A stretch of 64,000 bases of DNA from Armatimonadota bacterium (GTDB taxonomy: Bacteria; Armatimonadota; HRBIN16), in assembly GCA_942492855.1 (NCBI GenBank), contig OW818647.1, forward strand, positions 2,486,264 through 2,550,263, written 5' to 3'. Under the pieces are notes generated by a model. The model searched no databases, was not told the origin of the DNA, and saw nothing but the letters and a program-made list of their open reading frames with translations. This document shows positions 27,277-37,148 of the stretch, piece after piece. Positions within the stretch are counted from its first letter, which is position 1. Each line of letters starts with the position of its first letter. The translations under genes were made by a program, and so were the position numbers.

Positions 27277-27882
27277 TTATTTCAACGCGCTTCGGAAGCC
27301 GGTGATGATCATCTGCGCGGCCAGGCTGGCCAGGATCAGGCCCGAGAGCTTGCTCAGCACGTTGATGGTGAGGTGACCCAGCCTTTTCTCCATCCAGGAG
27401 CCGGCCAGCAGCAGACCACCCACGAGGATGGTGGCCATGGTCAACGACAGTGCGATGCTCAGGCTGTGCAGTGTGCCCGCATTCTCGATGCCCATCACCA
27501 TGATGGTGCCGATCGTGGCAGGGCCTAACAGCACAGGGATCGCCAGCGGCACCACCGCGATGTCCTCATTGGGGTCACGCCCTTCGGCCATCTGCGAGGG
27601 CTGCTGCAACGCCACGCCGTTCAGAAAGAGCAGGGCACCCGCACCGATACGGAAAGCGTCCAGCGTGATGCCCAGCACTCCGAATATCCATTGCCCGGCG
27701 AACAGCAGGATCAGGCTAGCGATCCACACCGCTACCGTTGCCCTTGTAGCCAGACGGCGTTTTTGGTGGATGTCGTGCTGTTTGGTAAGGGCCAGGTAGG
27801 TTGCCAGACCTGCGAATGGGGTCAGCAGAAAGAAAAACTTGATGGTGTTGGCCATCAGCAGATGCCAGTCGAATTCGTTCAT
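27277..27882 (-). CDS. MarC family (UPF0056) integral membrane protein
   Basis: ~200 aa with six predicted TM segments. The N-terminal IKFFFLLTPFAGLATYLAL resembles the MarC-family N-terminal motif. Confidence 0.5.
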   Translation of the reverse strand: MNEFDWHLLMANTIKFFFLLTPFAGLATYLALTKQHDIHQKRRLATRATVAVWIASLILLFAGQWIFGVLGITLDAFRIGAGALLFLNGVALQQPSQMAEGRDPNEDIAVVPLAIPVLLGPATIGTIMVMGIENAGTLHSLSIALSLTMATILVGGLLLAGSWMEKRLGHLTINVLSKLSGLILASLAAQMIITGFRSALK

Positions 27883-28000
27883 GCTGCCTCGCTACAGGAT
27901 GTGATGATATCTCGCACTTTTAGTATAACGCCAGGGTGACCGACGTTGCGTTGTGGTCAGAGGCCGTAAATGCGCAACAGCGCTGGCACATAACCCCTCC

Positions 28001-28918
28001 CTACCGAATCAGCCCCACATAGGCCGCATACAGGGCGATCAGCACCACCCCGCGCCAGCGTGCCAGGAGGCCTGCACGGTTGGGCAGTGTCAAGGCGACC
28101 GTGATGATGCCAAACAGAAGCACTATCCAGGTCTCTCTGAGGTTCACCTTGATGTCGCATATGGTAGCGGCGACGCCAAGAATCATCATCCCGTTGAATA
28201 GATTGCTGCCGATGATGGCATTGAGCCCGATGTCATCGTGGCCTTTCCATCGACTGATCAGCACGGTGGCCAGCTCAGGAACAGAGGTGCCAAACGCCAC
28301 GATCACCGCACCCACTATGAAGGGGTCCAGCCCCATTTTGTGTGCGACCCCACTGGCACCCAACACTATATAGTGACCGGCGGCTACCAGTAAAGCCAGC
28401 CCTACGACGGCATATACCAGCGATATGTAACTGGACTTCGTCGGCTCTGCGCCGTCGCTCACCCGCTGTTCCCGTGCGCGCAAGGTGACCCAGGTCACCC
28501 ACACCACAAACACTATCAACAATATGACCCCGTCCAGGCGCGACAGCACCCCATCGGCCGATAAAATGCCCACCAGCAGCGGGGCGGCCATCGCCAGGAA
28601 GTAGTTGCCAATCACCTCACGCCGGTCGTTCTTCAGACCACCCATCACCAGGGCCAGCCCCAGGATCAACCCCACGTTCACCACGTTGCTGCCAAGCGCA
28701 TCACCCATCGCGATCTCCGGCTTCTTGTTCATGGCCGAAGAGATGGCCACAGACAGCTCAGGGCTGGATGTGGCGAATGCGGTGATAGTGACGGCAATGA
28801 TACCCGCCGATACTCGCAGCCACCTGGCGAGCCCAACCATCCCGCGGATGAACAGCTCACCGCCAGACGCGGCGCACACCACCCCAATCACCATCGCAGC
28901 GTAATCATTCATATCCAC
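28001..28918 (-). CDS. Ca2+/cation antiporter (CaCA family, YrbG-like Na+/Ca2+ exchanger)
   Basis: Two alpha-repeat signatures are present (ATSSPELSVAISS and FGTSVPELATVLIS, i.e. the GTS(L)PE motif), along with GDALGSNVVNVGLILG. ~305 aa and polytopic. Confidence 0.75.
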   Translation of the reverse strand: MDMNDYAAMVIGVVCAASGGELFIRGMVGLARWLRVSAGIIAVTITAFATSSPELSVAISSAMNKKPEIAMGDALGSNVVNVGLILGLALVMGGLKNDRREVIGNYFLAMAAPLLVGILSADGVLSRLDGVILLIVFVVWVTWVTLRAREQRVSDGAEPTKSSYISLVYAVVGLALLVAAGHYIVLGASGVAHKMGLDPFIVGAVIVAFGTSVPELATVLISRWKGHDDIGLNAIIGSNLFNGMMILGVAATICDIKVNLRETWIVLLFGIITVALTLPNRAGLLARWRGVVLIALYAAYVGLIR

Positions 28919-28959
28919 AAACCCCTCATATCACCAAAGTGATGTAACCTGAAACACTA

Positions 28960-30312
28960 TTACAAATCCTCGCCATTGGACGCGATGCGGTCGCGATACC
29001 ACCAGTAGCTGTCCTTCGGGATGCGCTGCTTGGTGTCGTAGTCCACATGGATGATGCCGAAACGCTGCTTATACCCCTCGGCCCATTCGAAGTTGTCCAG
29101 CAGTGACCACAAGAAATACCCGGCCACATCCACGCCGTCATCCGCGGCCCGCTTGAGCTCCCGCAGGTAGCGGTGCAGGAAGTCGATGCGCTGACTGTCA
29201 TGAACCTGCCCGTCCATATGCACCACATCGAAATTACCCATGCCGTTCTCCGTCACCACCACCGGCTTGCCGTATCGCTCATTTAGCCACTTGGAGGTGT
29301 AGTAAAGAACCTCCGGGGTGATGGGCCACTGCATAGAGGTGATCGGGTTGCCCATCGGCTGCGGCACCTCAACAGGCCGACCATTTTCGCCCGCCTTGAT
29401 GCACACACCGTTGTAGCAGTTATAGGCGCATAGGTCGAGTGGCTGAGCGATCAGCTCCATATCGCCCTGCTTGATCTGAGGTGCGTTGGCTCCCAGCGCG
29501 TTGATGATGGCCTCGGGATAGCCCTTGCCAAACACGGGGTCTGTCCAGAACATCGTAGGCGCCATGCTTTCGCCCTGGGGGTTCAGGAACCAGTGTTTGG
29601 CGGCCTCAATATCTTGCGGGCTGCTGGTATGCGGGTAGCTGGCGGTGCCCACGGGCACTATGCCCACCTTGCCAGGACGCAGCGCATGGCCTCGGATGGC
29701 CTGCACCGCCTTGCCGTGCGCCAGCAGCGCGTTATGTGCGGCGGTGGCCACCTGACCGGTCTGAAGCTTGTCCCCAGGGGCGTGAACACCCGCCTGCATC
29801 CCCGCCAGAATGAAGCACTGGGGCTCATTGAGTGTCAGCCAGTTGAATACGCGGTCGGACAGGCGAAAGGCCACCACGGCGGCGTAATATGAGAACCAGT
29901 CCACGATCTCGCGATTCAGCCATCCGCCGCGGCGGTAGAGCTCTAGCGGGAGGTCCCAGTGGAACAACGTCACCCAGGGCGCGATACCGGCATCTTCTAG
30001 CTCATCCACGAGACGGTCGTAGAAATCCAGTGCTGCTTCATTCGGCTGGCCTGTGCCATCCGGGAACACCCAGGGCCAAGAGATGCTGAAGCGGTAGGCG
30101 TTGATGCCCAGTTGCTTCATCAGCACCACGTCCTGCTTCATGTTGGCGATGTGCTCTGGCCCGCTGCTGCCGTCGTGTCCCAGATAGGTGGCACTGGGCT
30201 TCTGGCAGAACATATCCCAGACGCACGGCTTGCGGCCCTCGGCCAGGCGTGTTCCTTCTATCTGGTATGAGGCGGTGGCGGCTCCCCAGGCAAAATCGTC
30301 TCGAAATGACAT
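28960..30312 (-). CDS. Glycoside hydrolase family 1 beta-glucosidase
   Basis: FAWGAATASYQIEG is the GH1 N-terminal signature. LNEP carries the acid/base Glu and VVTENGMG the nucleophile Glu in the TENG motif. 450 aa. Confidence 0.85.
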   Translation of the reverse strand: MSFRDDFAWGAATASYQIEGTRLAEGRKPCVWDMFCQKPSATYLGHDGSSGPEHIANMKQDVVLMKQLGINAYRFSISWPWVFPDGTGQPNEAALDFYDRLVDELEDAGIAPWVTLFHWDLPLELYRRGGWLNREIVDWFSYYAAVVAFRLSDRVFNWLTLNEPQCFILAGMQAGVHAPGDKLQTGQVATAAHNALLAHGKAVQAIRGHALRPGKVGIVPVGTASYPHTSSPQDIEAAKHWFLNPQGESMAPTMFWTDPVFGKGYPEAIINALGANAPQIKQGDMELIAQPLDLCAYNCYNGVCIKAGENGRPVEVPQPMGNPITSMQWPITPEVLYYTSKWLNERYGKPVVVTENGMGNFDVVHMDGQVHDSQRIDFLHRYLRELKRAADDGVDVAGYFLWSLLDNFEWAEGYKQRFGIIHVDYDTKQRIPKDSYWWYRDRIASNGEDL

Positions 30313-30422
30313 GGCTGATCTCCTTACCGAATTGGTGGCATGTATCTATATTACACAAGCGCAGCATGTTTAGGTATAATTTGGTGTACAGTGCTGCGAT
30401 ATGCGCAAAAGAGGTGGGTGCG

Positions 30423-30791
30423 ATGGATAACACATGTCCGCTATGCCAGCCCGGGTTGATGGTGGCGGAAACCGATTACTGGATGTTGATGTGGGACGAA
30501 TACCCCGTGAGCGAAGGCCATATGCTGATAGTGAACAAACGGCATGAGGCCGACCACTGGGATATCAGCCAGGACGAATGGCAGGACCTCTACACAGCCA
30601 TCGGCGAAGCGAAGAAGATGATCGACGATCAGTTCTCACCCGAGGGCTATAATATCGGCTCAAATATCGGCGAGGCCGCCGGCCAGTCCGTGCCGCACGT
30701 GCATATCCACGTGATCCCGCGATACAAGGGCGACAACGCCAAACCGCGTGGCGGCATCCGCAACGTGCGCAATCCGCTGGTGGAATACTAG
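30423..30791 (+). CDS. HIT (histidine triad) family hydrolase
   Basis: HVHIHVIPR is the histidine triad. The ATG at 30423 is in frame within the longer ORF call 30249..30791. Confidence 0.8.
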   Translation: MDNTCPLCQPGLMVAETDYWMLMWDEYPVSEGHMLIVNKRHEADHWDISQDEWQDLYTAIGEAKKMIDDQFSPEGYNIGSNIGEAAGQSVPHVHIHVIPRYKGDNAKPRGGIRNVRNPLVEY

Positions 30792-30810
30792 CGGCGTATT
30801 GAGGTTTGTT

Positions 30811-30879
30811 GGACGGATTGGACGGATCGGACGGATATAACATCGGTCTGATCCGTCCGATCCGTCCGATCCGTCCGAT
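30811..30879. repeat. Tandem GGACGGAT(Y) x3 facing ATCCGTCCG x3: perfect ~26-bp-stem palindrome between convergent genes (bidirectional terminator-like)
   Basis: GGACGGATTGGACGGATCGGACGGAT ... ATCCGTCCGATCCGTCCGATCCGTCC lies between the HIT gene (+) and the gene at 30893..32170 (-). The same ATCCGTCCG motif recurs at 5051..5076, 11664..11697, 20230..20275 and 46596..46634. Confidence 0.6.
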
Positions 30880-30892
30880 TTCTATAACTCCC

Positions 30893-32170
30893 CTACCACC
30901 TGGCGGCTTCCTCTTTGGCGATGGCGACCCAGCGGATCACACGCTCGGGCTGATTGCGGATGGTGTGGTTGTCCTTCATGATCGCCTCCGGACGGCAGTT
31001 GTTCTGCTTAGCCAGATCAAAGGCGTGGCGGAGCGTCTTGCGCACTAAATCCTCGTCCCAACGGTCCATGGCCAGATGGGAGGGGTTGGGTTTGTAGCTC
31101 ATCACGTAGTTTGGCCCCAGCGCCTCGGTGATGCTTGGCAAGTCGCACCAGGGTGACACCGATATACGCCGCAGGTTGGGGTGCTGCCTGACCACATGCC
31201 ACCGGTCGTGGATAGGCTCACAGCAGCCGTAACAGGTCAGCGCGAACAGCTCCATGATACGGCGTTCATACGGAAACACGAATTCCGCATACATTTTGGG
31301 TGAGACGTTCACCGTCTCCTGGCTTTCGGTGAAGCCCCACATGTCTTTCGCGGTGACCTTCTGCCCCGCAGCCACGGTCGGAATCTGATCACTCCATCCC
31401 CAGCCGCCGGAGCCTATGTAAGCACCATCGTTGTTTTGATAGAGCAGGCCAGCGGCCTCCAACTGCTTCAATTTGCCGATGTGCCCCTCGCTGATGAAGC
31501 TCATCAGCGCGTGCAGGCCTTCTGGTTCGTCGTACATGTCCACCAGCATCTGCTCGATGCCGCGCAGCTTCACCGCATCGAAGGTCACCCCCAGCGACCA
31601 CCACCAGCTCTGTTTGAACCTGACCTTCAGGATGCCGTCAAACAGCTCCTGGGCGAACTCCAGGTTCTGTGCTGAGGCATCTGCATCAATCACAAGCTTC
31701 GGATATTCCAGTTTTGGTAGATCACGCTCGTAGTCTTCGATGGGTGCTTTCCAGGTGTAGGCATGGCCGCCACTCGCATCACCAATCTGCTGCGGGTTCA
31801 ATCCCCAGCCGGTGAAGTGTGCTGCGTGCCCAACATTGATGATGTCCTCCACCACCACATCGTCCTTCATCATCTCCCCACGGAAGATGCGGATGCGCAG
31901 ATCCATCTCGTAACCACGCAGTCTGGGGTCTTGGCACACCAGGTCAGCCTGGGTGACGATCTCATTCCAGCCGTTCTCTGGGTCGCACATTATCAGGGGA
32001 CGGGTGTCATCCAGGCGGTTATGCGCGGTCCAGAGTTCTCTGATTTGCTGCTGCACGGGCTCCGTGGCGATCTCCGCCACGCGTTTGGCTAGCTCACGGA
32101 TGACCGCCAGCTCCTGCGCATCGATGCCTTTTTTTGCTTCATGGTCGGGCATTGGGGAGAAACCTCGCAT
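30893..32170 (-). CDS. Uroporphyrinogen-decarboxylase-like (URO-D superfamily) protein, function unknown
   Basis: A 425-aa soluble protein. Overall pattern and C-terminal region resemble URO-D/MtaA-like TIM-barrel proteins commonly found next to sugar-utilisation genes. Weak assignment. Confidence 0.35.
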   Translation of the reverse strand: MRGFSPMPDHEAKKGIDAQELAVIRELAKRVAEIATEPVQQQIRELWTAHNRLDDTRPLIMCDPENGWNEIVTQADLVCQDPRLRGYEMDLRIRIFRGEMMKDDVVVEDIINVGHAAHFTGWGLNPQQIGDASGGHAYTWKAPIEDYERDLPKLEYPKLVIDADASAQNLEFAQELFDGILKVRFKQSWWWSLGVTFDAVKLRGIEQMLVDMYDEPEGLHALMSFISEGHIGKLKQLEAAGLLYQNNDGAYIGSGGWGWSDQIPTVAAGQKVTAKDMWGFTESQETVNVSPKMYAEFVFPYERRIMELFALTCYGCCEPIHDRWHVVRQHPNLRRISVSPWCDLPSITEALGPNYVMSYKPNPSHLAMDRWDEDLVRKTLRHAFDLAKQNNCRPEAIMKDNHTIRNQPERVIRWVAIAKEEAARW

Positions 32171-32277
32171 CTTATTAGTGTTTTGCGTATGACTGTGATG
32201 ATATCGAAATAACCACTGAGTTGCGTTTGCATTGTAGGGGCGACCGGCCGGTCGCCCCTACGGTAGGAATCTACCCC

Positions 32278-33963
32278 TTAGTTACGGGCGGCGGTGCGGA
32301 TTTCGATGAGCTTCTTCATGACGGCATACAGGTTGCCCTGCCAGCTCTTGGTGCCGAAGGCATCGTGCATCTCTTTGTAGAGAACGTAGAGCTCAGCATA
32401 CACGGCGGCGTTCTCAGGGATGGGCTCGTAACGCACCTCTTTGAGGCCGCACATGGCATCCATGGCGGTTTCGAAGTTGTCATACCCGCCAGCCTTGGAT
32501 CCGGCGACCACCGCACCTGCGATGGCACTGCCCAGAGCGCACGTCTGGCTGCTGCGCGAGACCAGCATGGTGCGGTTGATGATGTCAGCGTATATCTGCA
32601 TCACCACGGGGTTTTTTTCGGCGATACCGCCGCAGTTCACCATCTCGTTGATCTTCACGCCATACTCTTCGAATCGGTTGATGATCGCCAGCGCACCGAA
32701 TGCGGTGGCTTCAATCAACGCACGGTAGATTTCGGCAGGGGTGCTGTGCAGCGTCTGACCCACCATCAGGCCGGTCAGCCGCTGGTCGCCCAGGATGGTG
32801 CGGTTGCCGTTGTTCCAGTCGAGTGACAGCAGGCCGCTCTCGCCGGGCTTCAGCTTGCCAGCACCGGCGGTGAGAGCGGCGTGACCGCCTTTGTCGCCCA
32901 TCGGCTGCACGACATTCACGAACCAGTTGAAGATATCTCCCACGGCGCTCTGGCCGGCCTCAAATCCCCAATATCCAGGCAGGATCGAGCCGTCCACGAT
33001 GCCGCAGAGTCCGGGGATATCGGCGATCTGCTCGGAGTTCGGCAGCACCATGAGGTCGCAGGTCGAGGTGCCCAGCGTCTTGACCAGCCGTCCGGCGCGG
33101 ATGCCGGCACCAATCCCGCCGAAGTGCGCATCGAACGCGCCCACCGCCACGGGAATGCCCACAGGCAGACCGAGCTTGGCAGCCCATTCGGGGCAGAGGG
33201 TTCCGGCCGCCTCATCGGCGGTGTAGGCCACATCAAACAGCTTCGCACGCACCGCACCCAGCTCCGGCGAGAGCGCGCTCAAGAATTCGGCATCGGGCAG
33301 ACCGCCCCACTTGGCGTTATACATCGCCTTGTGGCCAGCCGCGCATACCCCGCGCTTGATCTTGGCCGGGTGGGTGGTGTCGCACAGGACCGCCGGGATG
33401 TAGTCGGCGATCTCTACCCAGCTCGCAGCGGCGTCCCACACCTTCGGGTCCACTTTAGCGCAGTGCCAGAGTTTGCTGAAGAACCACTCGCTGGAGTAGC
33501 TGTTACCACATTTGGCCATATACTGTGGCCGCATCTTCAGCCCCAGCTCTGTGATAGCCACCGCCTCTTCTGTGCCGGTGTGGTCTTTCCACAGCCAGGC
33601 CAGGGCGTTCAGGTTGTCGGCAAATTCGGTTTGGAAGGCCAGCGGGGTGCCCTCAGCGTCCACAGGGAGAGGGGTTGATCCGGTGGTATCCACACCGATG
33701 CCAATCACGTTGGCGGGATCAAATCCGGGTACCGCTTTGGCGATCTTCATCGCCTCCATCGTCGCTTCTTCAGCCCCCTCAAGATAGTCCATTGGGTGCT
33801 GACGGGCGAGGTTGGGGTCTCGAGGGTCCAGCAGGATGCCCTCTTCGCCCTGGGTGTATCCAAACACCGCACTGCCCGCCTCAAAACCATCGGTCACGCG
33901 CACCAAAATCGCCCGCACCGAGTTCGTGCCGTAATCCAGTCCAAGCGTATACTTATCAGCCAT
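32278..33963 (-). CDS. araB: Ribulokinase (FGGY carbohydrate kinase)
   Basis: Collinear with E. coli AraB across the protein: LGLDYGTNSVRA, GVDTTGSTP, WKDHTG, YSSEWF, GTSTCD, DWNNGNRT and GGIAEKN motifs. 561 aa. Confidence 0.85.
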   Translation of the reverse strand: MADKYTLGLDYGTNSVRAILVRVTDGFEAGSAVFGYTQGEEGILLDPRDPNLARQHPMDYLEGAEEATMEAMKIAKAVPGFDPANVIGIGVDTTGSTPLPVDAEGTPLAFQTEFADNLNALAWLWKDHTGTEEAVAITELGLKMRPQYMAKCGNSYSSEWFFSKLWHCAKVDPKVWDAAASWVEIADYIPAVLCDTTHPAKIKRGVCAAGHKAMYNAKWGGLPDAEFLSALSPELGAVRAKLFDVAYTADEAAGTLCPEWAAKLGLPVGIPVAVGAFDAHFGGIGAGIRAGRLVKTLGTSTCDLMVLPNSEQIADIPGLCGIVDGSILPGYWGFEAGQSAVGDIFNWFVNVVQPMGDKGGHAALTAGAGKLKPGESGLLSLDWNNGNRTILGDQRLTGLMVGQTLHSTPAEIYRALIEATAFGALAIINRFEEYGVKINEMVNCGGIAEKNPVVMQIYADIINRTMLVSRSSQTCALGSAIAGAVVAGSKAGGYDNFETAMDAMCGLKEVRYEPIPENAAVYAELYVLYKEMHDAFGTKSWQGNLYAVMKKLIEIRTAARN

Positions 33964-34108
33964 TCATCGATTCCTCCAGTAAGATTTCTGACTACTGTTA
34001 CTATTATGCAATGCAATACATGGATTTGCGCAATACGGCCATGGAATAAAAACAAGTACAATGATATTAGTATCCAGATTGAACACCAATATTCAGGAGT
34101 AACACACA

Positions 34109-34438
34109 ATGAGCCAATTTCAAGCACGAGCTGCGGTAGCCAAGGCCCTGGCTCACCCCAGCCGATTGATCATGCTGGACGCCCTTGAGAAAGAGGAAAA
34201 ATGTGTGTGTGACCTTCAGAAACTGGTTGGCGCCGACATCTCCACGGTGTCCAAGCACCTCTCCGTGTTGAAAGCGGCAGGGCTGGTGATTGACCGTAAA
34301 GAGGGGCTGTGGGTTTACTACCGCCTGACTTGCCCATGCCTTGGTGAGTTTATGCGGTGCATTGACGGCGTGATTGACCGCCAGAAGCGCGCTGAAGACT
34401 TGAAGGACCGCCCCACCACCGGCTGCTTCTGCGGGTAG
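34109..34438 (+). CDS. ArsR/SmtB family metal-sensing transcriptional regulator
   Basis: ALAHPSRLIMLDALEKEEKCVCDLQKLVG matches the ArsR HTH, with a CVC metal-binding motif and additional C-terminal Cys residues. Confidence 0.8.
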   Translation: MSQFQARAAVAKALAHPSRLIMLDALEKEEKCVCDLQKLVGADISTVSKHLSVLKAAGLVIDRKEGLWVYYRLTCPCLGEFMRCIDGVIDRQKRAEDLKDRPTTGCFCG

Positions 34439-34545
34439 GTTGCGATTTGACCGGGGCGGTCTGAATACTGGCTAACGGCTACAGAAACCCCAAGACCGCG
34501 CCGGTCTGGCGGATAGCCTGTCCCCATGCCTCACCGCCGCGCCCA

Positions 34546-34714
34546 GAGGCCCCACCACGCGCTAAAGCACATGGCTATTGACATGCCAAGCCTGCTGAAG
34601 CAGGCTGCTGGGCTTCGCCCAGTCAGTGTGCGGGTAATGTACGGAGGCTGCACCCAGACTGCTTCAGCAGGCTTGATGTTCAATAGCCGAGACATTTATG
34701 TCGCGGAGTCGGAT
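34546..34714. mobile_element. Partial MITE family 1 copy (lacks outer TIRs)
   Basis: Contains CACGCGCTAAAGCACATGGCTATTGAC..., the GACTGCTTCAGCAGGC palindrome, and TCAATAGCCGAGACATTTATGTCGCGG. It is collinear, in inverted orientation, with the 40421..40660 copy. Confidence 0.5.
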
Positions 34715-34768
34715 GTGCAAAAATCTGTTATCTATTTATGCCGCAGTACCGAGGTTCACGTGCCTGGT

Positions 34769-35656
34769 TTAGCCATCGCCTGATTTCATATCAGTATGTT
34801 CCCCGCCGTCCTCACTCCAGTGCCGGACAATGCTGATGAACTCATCAAGACTCAACGTCTCCCCTCGACGTTGGGGGTCGATGCCCACCTCTCGCAGTGT
34901 TTCCGCTAAATAAGCTTTCGTGGTACCGAACACACTTGCCAGGCTGTTACCCAGTGTTTTCCGCCGTTGGCCAAACGCGGCACGCGTGATTTGAAACAGA
35001 AGGTACTCATCTGAAGTCGATAATATTGGCGGGATAGGATCGAACTGCACCACGGCGCTTTGCACCTTGGGCGGGGGATAAAACACCGAGGCGGGAACAT
35101 GGCGCAGCAGCCGGACCGTACAGTGATAGTGAGCGAACACACTGACTGAGCTGCACCCCTTTTCGCCGGGTTTGGCCAGAAGCCGGTCGGCCACCTCTTT
35201 TTGCATCAGCAGCACGGCACGGCGCCATCCGGTGAGCTCTGTAAATAGAACCTCCAGAATGGGTGCAGTGATGTTATACGGGATGTTGGCCACCACGCAG
35301 TAGCCATCGGTGCCGAAGCATTGCTTGGCCAGATCGTCAGGGTCAGAACGCAGGAAGTCGCGTTCGACTAGTTGCACGTTGGGGTAGTCGGCCAGTATCT
35401 CTCGTGTGAGGGGCAGTATTTTGTGGTCGATCTCAAAGCTGAGAACCTTCGCCGCGCGTTGGGCCAGCGCGGTGGTCAGAGTGCCGATGCCGGCGCCGAT
35501 CTCCAGGGCGCCTTCGCCGGGCTGGAACTCCGCGGCGTTGGCAATGGCCTGAAGGATGTTCTCATCGGCTAAAAAGTGCTGGCCATGGCGCTTATCGGTG
35601 TGCATACCGTGCGCGGCTAACAGCTCTCGGATGACGGAAGGTGTAGTTAGTCTCAT
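34769..35656 (-). CDS. rsmA: 16S rRNA (adenine1518/1519-N6)-dimethyltransferase RsmA/KsgA
   Basis: HGQHFL, the SAM-binding EIGAGIGTLT motif, NIPYNIT and FGQRRK are all collinear with E. coli KsgA. Confidence 0.85.
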   Translation of the reverse strand: MRLTTPSVIRELLAAHGMHTDKRHGQHFLADENILQAIANAAEFQPGEGALEIGAGIGTLTTALAQRAAKVLSFEIDHKILPLTREILADYPNVQLVERDFLRSDPDDLAKQCFGTDGYCVVANIPYNITAPILEVLFTELTGWRRAVLLMQKEVADRLLAKPGEKGCSSVSVFAHYHCTVRLLRHVPASVFYPPPKVQSAVVQFDPIPPILSTSDEYLLFQITRAAFGQRRKTLGNSLASVFGTTKAYLAETLREVGIDPQRRGETLSLDEFISIVRHWSEDGGEHTDMKSGDG

Positions 35657-35716
35657 CCATTCTTTGTACCCGATTTGGGCTGAAGCTGTCCATTCTAAGG
35701 TATCCTCAATATAGAA

Positions 35717-37147
35717 TTGAAAGAAACGGGGTCACTGCGTTTGAAGCGCATCATCATTCTCCTTGCCGCATCCTGTGCGATTTTAAGCACATCGCTCTTT
35801 GCCAGCCCGAAGGCTGTCAAAGAGGCCTACTCATCAGCCTCAAAGGCTATGGTCACCTTGATGGTCGATACGACCGTGTCTGGTGCTGGCCAGAAGGAAA
35901 CGGTGAAGCATCTGGAAAGTTGGGCTGTGGTGGTGAACCCAGGCAACTTCGTGATCGCACCGCTGATGGATGCTGACCCCCTGTTCGCACTCAATCTTGT
36001 GCGCACCGCGATGAGTGCCGCTGGTCGGAAGCCATCTGAGCTCAACCTCTCTCCTGCCAAACTGAAGGTCCGACTAGATGATGGCAAGGAGATGAACGCT
36101 GAGATCGTCAAACGCGACGAGGTTGAGGGCCTGGTGCTGCTGCGCCTGACTAACCCACCTGACAACCTGCATGCGATGACTATCGGCAAAGTGCGAGATG
36201 CTAGAATGGGCGATGAGATTGTAGTGCTGCAGCCCATGGGCAGCGGCTACGGCAGCGATGTGGCCGTCACCCCGCTCACCATCAATATGGCGATCCATGC
36301 ACCCAACTACTACACCGTGTTATTCAACCAGCTCCAAAGTGGCTGCCCGGTGTTCAGCCGTGATGATGGAGCACTGCTGGGTGTGGTGGTACCGCTGGTA
36401 TCAACCAACTTGAACTCGTCAATGGTCACATCCGGTTTATTGACAGTTGCCTCTGGTGTGTCTCTGAAGAAGCTGGCAGGCTTGCCGACAGAGGCAGTTG
36501 AGCCGTCAACAAACGCCAGGGAGAAACTGACGGAGAAGATCAACCCTGCTCTGGTCAGCTTGTCATGGATACTGAAACAAACCGGCCCGAATGGCCAGCC
36601 AGAGGAGAGCAAGCGTGTTGGTCAGGCGCTTCTGCTGAGCCCTGATGGACTGATGGTGTGCAATGGGGCCGCAATGGGCGTGTTTGCCGACCCAGCGAAA
36701 TTTCAGATCATAGACCTGAAGACGGTTCTGAGTGATGGCACCTCGATGCCCGTGAGCATCGCCCGTAAGGACAGCGACTGGGGTTTGGCCTGGCTAAAGC
36801 CCCCCACTGCACCCACAAATCCGATGCCATTTATCAACCAGCCTGTGGCGGGGTCGTTGAAGCTTAGCGAGGACCTGTGGTCGGTATTCCGTGCCCCTGA
36901 GGGGATGCAGTACGCGGTCGGCGTTCAGAAGATGTGCTATATTGGGACAATAGACAATCCAGTGGTGATGCCTCTGGGCATGGGTGATGGGGAGCTAAAC
37001 AGCCCCGTGTTTACCTCTGAGGGCAAATGGGTCGGTTTGGTGGTGAACCCGCCAGGTGAAAGCGAGTTCGGCATAGACGAGATCACCATTCTACCGGTGA
37101 AGAACTTGATGAAGGCTAGCGGATTACCGTTTGTGGAGGCCAAGTAA
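35717..37147 (+). CDS. Secreted protein with two tandem degenerate trypsin-like (HtrA/S1C-like) domains, no PDZ
   Basis: Signal-peptide-like N-terminus. DGKEMNAEIVKRDEVEGLVLLRL plus QSGCPVFSRDDGALLGVVV resemble the HtrA D-x-D-[IL]A[LV]L and GNSGGP regions. A second, similar unit occupies the C-terminal half (DGTSMPVSIARKDSDWGLAWL ... ELNSPVFTSEGKWVGLVV). Confidence 0.4.
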   Translation: MKETGSLRLKRIIILLAASCAILSTSLFASPKAVKEAYSSASKAMVTLMVDTTVSGAGQKETVKHLESWAVVVNPGNFVIAPLMDADPLFALNLVRTAMSAAGRKPSELNLSPAKLKVRLDDGKEMNAEIVKRDEVEGLVLLRLTNPPDNLHAMTIGKVRDARMGDEIVVLQPMGSGYGSDVAVTPLTINMAIHAPNYYTVLFNQLQSGCPVFSRDDGALLGVVVPLVSTNLNSSMVTSGLLTVASGVSLKKLAGLPTEAVEPSTNAREKLTEKINPALVSLSWILKQTGPNGQPEESKRVGQALLLSPDGLMVCNGAAMGVFADPAKFQIIDLKTVLSDGTSMPVSIARKDSDWGLAWLKPPTAPTNPMPFINQPVAGSLKLSEDLWSVFRAPEGMQYAVGVQKMCYIGTIDNPVVMPLGMGDGELNSPVFTSEGKWVGLVVNPPGESEFGIDEITILPVKNLMKASGLPFVEAK

Positions 37148-37148
37148 C

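Noticed and set aside
32881-33678. 265-aa + strand ORF opposite araB
   Set aside because: AraB homology on the minus strand is unambiguous along the whole region.
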